A stretch of DNA of 31,523 bases from Chiloscyllium plagiosum (lineage: Eukaryota): assembly GCF_004010195.1 (NCBI RefSeq), contig NC_057718.1, positions 38,680,023-38,711,545 of the forward strand, read 5' to 3'. The notes below the pieces were generated by a model that was not told where the DNA came from, ran no database searches, and saw nothing but the letters and a program-made list of their open reading frames with translations. A program made the translations under genes and the position numbers. The first letter of the stretch is position 1; every line of letters starts with the position of its first letter. Positions 24,150-31,523 of the stretch are shown here, piece after piece.

Positions 24150-24330
24150 AAAGTCAACAATCACACGACACCAAGTTATAGTCCAACAGGTTTATTTCAA
24201 ACCGCAAACCTTCAGAGCCTCTGTTCCTTCCTCCGGCAGCTGGTGAGAGAGAATACATTGGACAGAATTTATAGGAAAAGATCAAAGGGTCATACAACTT
24301 ATGCAAATGCAAAAACAAGAAAGTAACAGA
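24150..24330 (-). mobile_element. 3' end of a different Penelope-like family, with a heavily decayed hammerhead-like motif
   Basis: Minus strand ...CCGGAGGAAGGAACAGAGGCTCTGAAGG...AAATAAACCTGTTGGACTATAACTTGGTGTCGTGTGATTG, resembling a common shark repeat terminus as I recall it. Confidence 0.5.
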
Positions 24331-26195
24331 CTGCTGAGAAATGTAATTTTTTTTAAATACAGATTGAAGTACAAAAGAGGGTGATATTTAACGAAGGGCA
24401 GATCGCAAATTAATAATTTTTTTTTTAAATCATAAACTTAATAAATACATTGGTTGAAAGAAATTGAAATATTCCAAATTGTGACAAGTATAGCATCTGA
24501 ATGATATAATTTAAATAAGTGACGAAAAGAATCCTGACTGTTTGTGAGGTTTTTTTGTAAAATGAATGAAATAAGAAGATCACACTCACATCACCGTGGA
24601 AGGTTTAAGTGAAATTTATCCTCAGCAAGGATGAGATTCTGTTTTTTGTAGGAAAACAAAGTACATGGTATCACATTGGCCATACATTTCACTTGACTTT
24701 AGTTTCCTTTGATTTCACCTTTCACTGGAAAGGGAAACTTGGCTGTGTATGATGAGCAGTTGATCCATTGTTGTCTGTTCTGCAGCCTTGCTGAATGTGA
24801 AATTCGTATCCAGCATCACTCAACGGACATACAATAAATCATATGAAAGTTCAGACTACACAGCACACACTGGCTTTGGCTTGAATAATTTATCTAAGGT
24901 TTGAAAAATATGCTAATAGTCCAATCATCCATGATTTTATTAAATAGTGAAGCAGGCCTGAGTGCCAAATGCTTACTCCTGCTCCTAAAAACTATGTTTC
25001 TATCTTTAATGTCAAACTGATTTGAGTCTTGGCCAATTGGTTTGCCAAATGCCTAGCTTATTTTTGCCTACTACCAATTGATGTTCTGTTCTGATGTATT
25101 CCCTGCAAGGTTAATGTGAATCAGAATAACTTTTGCTGATGTCTTTGACCTAAATGGAGTGAAAATCACACATAAATTTCTATGTCTTGCAAAATTAATT
25201 TCTCATTTACTCAAAATATTATTTTCTGAAAGAATATTAGGGAAAATTTTGATGTTTGGTGATATTGATTCAAATCCATAGATCTTCCTGGAAGTTGAGT
25301 GGCTTAATCAGTATCCTGCGCTTTACATTTTCTCATTCAAAACCAATGTGATCCCATTGTGTGGCAAAGACATCCATGCCACTATTGTAGCCATTATAAT
25401 TATTAGTTTTATTCTATTTAGTTTCAAAATGAAAAGGCCTAAAGTAAAGGATACACATTTTTTAATGTAATTTGGTATGAAAGAACTATAGCTTTTCCTC
25501 TTCTGTTTTAGATTATATTATGATGAAGATGCTTCTAATCTGCAGAATCTGTTAAGAGATACAGGTCACTTTTAATTTGCTGTGAGTTAATTTACCAGTG
25601 ACCAATATTTCATGCAACATAGCAAAATTGTTATCTCCTAGATTCCAGGAATGTCTTAAAAAGCATTTTAGCAGCCACAGTTTCAGAAATCATTAAGTGA
25701 GGCATGTCTTGTTATTGAATGACAAATGCTGTGTAATCAGCTCATGCCGATTTGTATCTATAAAACTACCTGTTTATATATGCTACGTTCACATCATATA
25801 AATTGTTTTTAGCACAATTATTGTGTAAAGAAAGTATACCATAACAACAATGAGATTTTATTACAGTACAAGATCACTTGTTTTACTAGGGATGAAAAAT
25901 CAAAATTCCATCAGTGTTGTTGATGCTTTGCACAATATTCATCTCAACAACAAAGGAAGAGTTTACCTATGCCTTTAATAACCATAGTATGGGTTTATAT
26001 TTCCTGAACCAGTTAACAGAATTACACTGCATTTGTATGAGTTGCTCTGAAAAATATACATATTGTATAATTGTTTTTTGATGCCAATTTTATTGCATCG
26101 AAAAACCTGTTGAATCTTGTACATTGTTATTTAGAAGGAAAATAGTAATTAAAGATGAGCAGAAAAAAAACAGACATAAATGCTATAAAATTGAA

Positions 26196-27098
26196 AGAAC
26201 TGTGGGTGATGTAAATCAGAAACAAAAACAGAAGTAGCTAGAAAAGCTCAGCAGGTCTAGCTGCATCTGTGCAGAGAAATCAAAGTTAACGTTTCTGGTG
26301 TGGTGACCTTTTCTCAGAACTGATGGTAATATATTTGGTTGGTTTCTCTGCAGAAGATAAGGTGGGGGAGAGGGTTAGGAGTAAATGTTAGGTAGGGATA
26401 GAGCCCAAAGAGAGAGAAGAAAAGCTGGAAAGATAAAGGAGTCTGTAACGATCTGGCTGGGAGGGTGAATAGCTGTTAAAGGAGACTGTTAGTGGCTAAC
26501 AATGGGTAGCATGTAATGGCAGACTTCGTGATAACAAAGCCTGGTGTGTGTGATAGGGGACTGGGACATGGTGGAGTTCAGGCCCTAAAATTATTGAACT
26601 CGATATTGAATCCAGAGGGCTGCAGGATCCCCAAGTGGAAAATGAGATGTTTTTTTCTTCCAGCTTATGCTGAGCTTCGCCGAAACACTGCAGCAAGCCT
26701 TAGACAGAGATGTTGGCCAGGGAACCGTGTGGTGTGTTAAAGTAGCAGGCATTGGAAGCTTTTTTAAGGGCAGAACGTAGAAGTTCTGTGAAGTGGTTAC
26801 CCAGTCTACGCTTTGCTTCCTCAGTGTAGAGGAGATCACAATGTGAGCAGCGAATGCAGTAGACTGGATTGTGAGACGTGCAAGTAAAGTGCTGCTTCAC
26901 CTGGAAGGTATGTTTGGGCCCTTGAATACTAAGGAGGGAGGAGGCAAATGGGCAGGTGTTACACCTTCAGCAGTTGCAGGGGAAGGTGCCATGTGGCTGT
27001 GGGGTTGGTGTTGGAAATGAAGGAAGACTGGACCATGGCATCCCAGAGGGAACGGTCTCTGCAAAAGGCGGACAAGGGAAGGGATAGGTATATGTGTC
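26196..27098 (-). mobile_element. 5'-truncated Penelope-like element (Neptune-like): GIY-YIG endonuclease remnant plus 3' terminus with a hammerhead variant
   Basis: HFTCTSHNPVYCIRCSHCDLLYTEEAKRRLGNHFTE (decayed VY-x-CxxC-YIGET-RL GIY-YIG) and HKLEEKNISF; at 26284-26321 the minus strand reads AGTT-CTGAGAA-AAGGTCACCACACCA-GAAACGTT-AACT. Confidence 0.82.
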
Positions 27099-27416
27099 TG
27101 AACATAAACATTAATTGTTCTTGTTTGCCAAAATTCCTCTTGCTTCAGTTTGTAACATTTTTATAAATTTGAGATCGCTGATAGAAATATAAAAAATCTA
27201 ATAAAAGACAAGCAGAAAATGATGCAGACACAATAATTTTAGTCAGCATCTAATGAGGAAGATAGGCTGAGGTCTTGTAAAAAAATATACTTTTCAAAAA
27301 ATATCTATGGGAAGAGTTGAATTCTGGTTAGTTAGTAATGTGAAACAATGAATATTTCAGTGTGTATGCTTGGTGCATATAGATTAAATAATAATATTTT
27401 CATATTTTGCTCCTAG

Positions 27417-27606
27417 GGCTGTGACTCCCAGATGAGCATGTCTGAGATGTCCTGCAGTGAAAGCACTTCTTCCTGCCAGTCTCTGGCACATGGCTCGACA
27501 CCAGAAATCCTAGTTGGCCTGCTATATAATGCCACCACTGGCAGACTGTCAGTAGAAGTCATAAAAGGAAGCCACTTCAAAAACTTGGCAGTGAACAGAC
27601 CACCTA
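27417..27606 (+). CDS. SYT14: Synaptotagmin-14 internal coding exon (C2A-C2B linker and N-terminal part of C2B)
   Basis: Acceptor ttttgctcctAG (27415-27416) and donor A|GTGAGT (27607). Translates as [63 protein letters not shown], nearly identical to vertebrate SYT14 as I recall it ([63 protein letters not shown]) and closer to it than to SYT16. Phase 0 start, phase 1 end. Confidence 0.95.
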
Positions 27607-28726
27607 GTGAGTACAAGGCTTGACAAGGATCGAAAAACGATGAATGAGTCTTGTGTAGACTAAAAATATATACATTTAAATCTAAAAGAAACTCATTGTA
27701 ATACTGTGCGCACTTAGTTGGTCAACAAATGAAGATATTTAATCTCTGCTATTAATTAGAAAGAAATATATAATGTTCTTTGGAAATTGGGTGTTGCTGT
27801 AGAGGAATCCTGACTTTTTCATCTCCAATAATGCCAATTTAGTAAACCTTAGAAAACATGCACAGGAATAAAGTCCCAACTCCTGCTTCAGTGGTCAGAC
27901 CTTCTCATTTGTACCCAGAAACAATGTATTGATTAAATATTATTTAGCATTCTCATCAATTGCTTTTATTATCTGTAATAATTTTAAAATTATTTCAATT
28001 TTTTACCAGCGTCAGAACTGCGTACAAAAAGTTATTGTGAAAGGGAGAAACCACTTCATCACTTATTGAAAATGTCAATTGCAGTATAATATTTTGTTCC
28101 ACATTCTAACTAATGAGTAGTTGTTTGAGTCATTTTTGAACTTCACCATAGTCAGACCCATAAAATATTAAAATAAGTTTCAGATTACTTGTTGAATTAT
28201 ATTTGATTCATATAAATGTGCCTGGCATAGAATGAATTTATTAACTGTCTTGCTTTAAAACGGCCCTCTTTTGCTTTTAAGACTTAAGTTTACAATTTAG
28301 ACTGATGGGATGAAAATTCCTGCTTCATGCTGCATGTTAGTAATTCTAAAATAAACAATTTGCTAAATATGATTTGCAGTTAAATGCAAATCACTGACAC
28401 ACACCATTAGTGACACATCACTAATTGGTATTTTTAATCCATTAGAATGGTCCAATAGTGGATGCTCTTATGTATTTGCGCTAAAGATACAATATGGGGG
28501 CTGAGTGGGAAGGAATATATCTGTAACAAATTGTCTTGTATCTGACCTGTTTGCAGATGTATCTAAAGCAGAGATATATCCCTATATTTAATTTAGCCAA
28601 TAAAGTAAAAAGTTAAATATTCAATTACATTTGTATATACATACAAATCATCTTTAGGTTGCTACTGGATTTATAATGACACTTTGTGCTTGTGAAGACC
28701 TTCATGCAAAATCCATTTGTAAATTA

Positions 28727-29687
28727 GAACTGGATTTTCTGCAGAATGACAATGATAACCAGGTTGCTATTCCACCCAACTTCTTTTATGTGAAGAAAGG
28801 GCTGTGTGTTCTGAATAGTTGATTCCAATCAGGGCTCCTGCAGAAATGTAGAGTAACCTTAAATCTAACTGTGTCCTTGTAGATTAGGCTGCCAGGTAGG
28901 TCAGGTGCAAGGTGTGAAGTTGTGATTGAGTGTTTCAGGGTGGGTGGAAGTGGTATTAGATTCAGTCGGAATGGGGAATGTCATGTCCTGTAGAGGCTGC
29001 TGGGTCCTTAATGTGACAGAGAGGAGAAGGGTTGTCGAGTGCAGCAGCGGGGAAGTGGGGAGCTGTGAGTTCCAGTAGCAGGGGAGCGTGCATTATTAGG
29101 TTCTGGTGGGGATGGATGGGGAGAGGTAGGGAGAGCTGTCAGATCTGGGCGTGAGTGTTGAGTGTAGCACTGGGGGAGGTCTGCAGATGCAGCATCAGTT
29201 TTGAGAGGTTCACCATAGTGTTAGGTCTTGGGGAGGGGTGATGTTGAGTCCCACCTATCAGGAGGGTTGCTGTGTCCCAGTGGAGTGGGGAGGAGGTGGA
29301 TTCAGGGGATGGAGTCAGGTCCCAGGAGGAATGGGGAGGTGTCAGGTCCATAAATTGTGGGCAAGTATAAGGAGTCAGGGTGAGGTGCAGTTGGGGTATG
29401 TGTGGTGGATTGAGGTTTTAGTTTAATAGTTACTCAAGGACTTGACTAAGTTTTAAATTTTCTAATTTTTCCTGTGTAACCATTAGCTGCAATGGAATTC
29501 TCCAAATTCTCCAGTGCAAGTGGATTCTTTCAGAGGGTTCCAGGTGTAGAGAATTGCCCATCAGAATCTTCAATTTCCTGAGCTATTCCCTCAGAGTCTG
29601 CCAAGTTGGGGTGTCCACAGGGTCTTGACATACAACTCCTATTTACACTGCAGAAACAACTATCTGGAAGCCAGAAAATCTGGGCTC
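28727..29687. mobile_element. Putative non-autonomous TIR element (Harbinger/Tourist-like MITE)
   Basis: Imperfect TIRs GAACTGGATTTTCTG and CAGAAAATCTGGGCTC, flanked by TTA and TAA; G-rich low-complexity interior; no coding capacity. Confidence 0.5.
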
Positions 29688-29804
29688 TAACATTCAGGCT
29701 TGTGAAAAATATCCTTTATAGACTAGAAACTACCACTGATGTTACCTAACTTTAAATGACCTATGTTCTATTAAAATAATGTACAATAGACGTAACACAC
29801 ATCA

Positions 29805-31308
29805 TACTGCATGCACAATGTCATGGACGTCACCATCACCATCCCTAGATATCACCTGACCCACCAGTTGGACAGATGTGGTGGCACAATGGTGTATTAT
29901 CAGGAGAGAGTTGCCCTCAGAGTCCTCAATATTAAGTGTAAACCCCATGAAGTCTGATAGCATCAGCACAATCATGGGCAAGGGACTCCTGTTGATTACT
30001 GCGTACTGCCTCCTTTGGCTGATAAACCAGTAACCCTCCATTGTTGAATACCACTTGGTAAAAGCACTGAGAATACTTAAGGGTGCAGATTGTATTCTGG
30101 GAGGGGAACTTTAATGTCCATCAGCAAGAGTAACGGCAGCACCACAACTGACCTAGCTACTATACTGCATCTGTAGAAGATGTTGAGGCAAAACCATACT
30201 TGACCATATCCTTACCCATCTGCCTGCAGCAGGTATGTCTGTCCATGATAGTATCAGTAGGAGTCCATCATGCTAAATGGGATCGACATCAAACATATCT
30301 AGCAACTCAAGACTAGGCACCCATGAAGCACTGTGGGTCGTCAGCAGCAGCATGATTCTACTCAAACATAATCTGCGACTTTATGACCTGGCATATCTTG
30401 CATTCCATAATTAACATCAAGCCAGAGTATCAACCCTGGTTCAATGGAGAGTGAAAGAGGGCATACCAGGACCAACAGCAGGCATACCTAAGAATGAGAT
30501 AGCCACCTGGTGAAGCTACAAAACAGATTTCTTGCACACCAAACAGCATGGAGCAAGTGATACTCAGTACTAAGCAATTTCACAACCAATAGACCATATC
30601 TACACTCTGCAGTCCAGCCACATCCACTCATAAATGATGGACAATTAAACAACTTACTGAAGGAGGAGGTTCCAGAAATATCCCCCTCCTCAATGTCGAA
30701 GGAGTCCAACAAATTAATTCAAAAGATAAGTCTGAAGCATTTGCAACAATCTTCATCTAGAAGTACCAAGTAGATGATCCATCTTGGCCTCCTTCAGAGT
30801 TCTCTAGCATTATAGATGCCAGTCTTCAACTATTTAATTTACTCCATATAGTATCCAGAAGGAGCTAGAGCCACTGGATATTGCAAAGGCTATTGCGCCC
30901 AACCAGCATTCTCTCTTAATTTCCTTTCTGACTGCCTGGGCCTCCACAGTCCATATGTGCAGTGAATTCCACAGTTGGTGTTCGGTTGGTGTGCTGCTCA
31001 CCATGAGCGGAATCCTGAGCAGCTGCATTTTTGTTCCTGACAGCATTGCAGCAATAATGCTGTAGTTGTATGCTCCAGAACTTCCCATGCCCCTAGTGAA
31101 GCTGTTCCAGTACAATTACAACATAAATATCTACTCAAAAATGTGTAAAATTGCCCAGATATATCGTGTACACAAAAACCAGAATAAATTCAACCCAACC
31201 AATTACCACCCCATAAGTCTACTCCGAATCATCAGTAAAACAATGGAATGTGCCATCAACAGTGTGATCAAGCAGCACTTACTTAGCAATGACCTGCTTA
31301 CTGATGCA
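29805..31308 (+). mobile_element. Internal ORF2 fragment of a CR1/L2-group LINE (APE remnant to start of RT)
   Basis: LLITAYCL, GELNVH-like and LDHILT APE remnants; PWFNGE; KAIAP/PDSI; NPTNYHPISLLRIISKTMECAINSVIKQHL. Confidence 0.8.
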
Positions 31309-31309
31309 G

Positions 31310-31523
31310 AAAATGTGTTGCTGGAAAAGCACAGTAGGTCAGGCAGCATCCAAGGAGCAGGAGAATTGATGTTTCGGGCATGAGCCCTTTTTCAGGAATG
31401 AGGAAAGTGTGTCCAGCAGGCTAAGATAAAAGGTAGGGAGGAGGGACTTGGGGGAGGGGCGTTGGAAATGCGATAGGTGGAAGGAGGTCAAGGTGAGGTG
31501 ATAGCCGGAGTGGGGGTGGGGGC
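31310..31523 (-). mobile_element. Penelope-like 3' terminus inserted into a LINE, running off the window edge
   Basis: Same terminal repeat as 15715-15807; its hammerhead is decayed (CTGAAAA-A-GGGC(TCAT)GCCC-GAAACATC). Confidence 0.8.

Noticed and set aside
27432..27623. 63-aa ORF treated as a standalone small gene
   Set aside because: It is an internal SYT14 exon. Homology starts 15 nt before the ATG, and the tail SEYKA is read-through past the donor at 27607.
27607..31523. Next SYT14 exons (TYVKLTLLNS..., or the short alternative exon I recall from mammalian isoforms)
   Set aside because: Not found by eye in the remaining 3.9 kb; they presumably lie beyond the window.

Overview
AT-rich, repeat-dense vertebrate intronic DNA, most likely from a cartilaginous fish (shark). 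That taxon is inferred from the LINE and Penelope-like repeat types, not shown directly. The only host coding sequence I can support is one 190-bp exon of synaptotagmin-14 (SYT14; linker plus start of C2B) at 27417-27606 on +, so the rest of the window is probably SYT14 intron. The intron holds: (1) a full-length but decayed Gmr1-type Ty3/Gypsy LTR retrotransposon on - (3649-10884) with two LTRs, a tRNA-Pro-like PBS, a PPT, a SCAN-like Gag and the unusual PR-INT-RT-RH order, plus a solo LTR of the same family (14723-15319); (2) at least six Penelope-like element (PLE) termini or fragments carrying minimal type I hammerhead ribozyme motifs (CUGANGA-A-stem II-GAAACGUC), two of which are near-perfect ~80-bp-arm palindromes and one a TSD-flanked chimera carrying ~850 bp of unexplained cargo inside the Gypsy element; (3) many CR1/L2-type LINE fragments, including a triple nest; (4) probable PIF/Harbinger remnants. 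Most ORFs in the supplied track are decayed TE fragments or spurious. Repeat boundaries without TSDs are approximate, and all family calls come from motif recognition by eye, not database searches.
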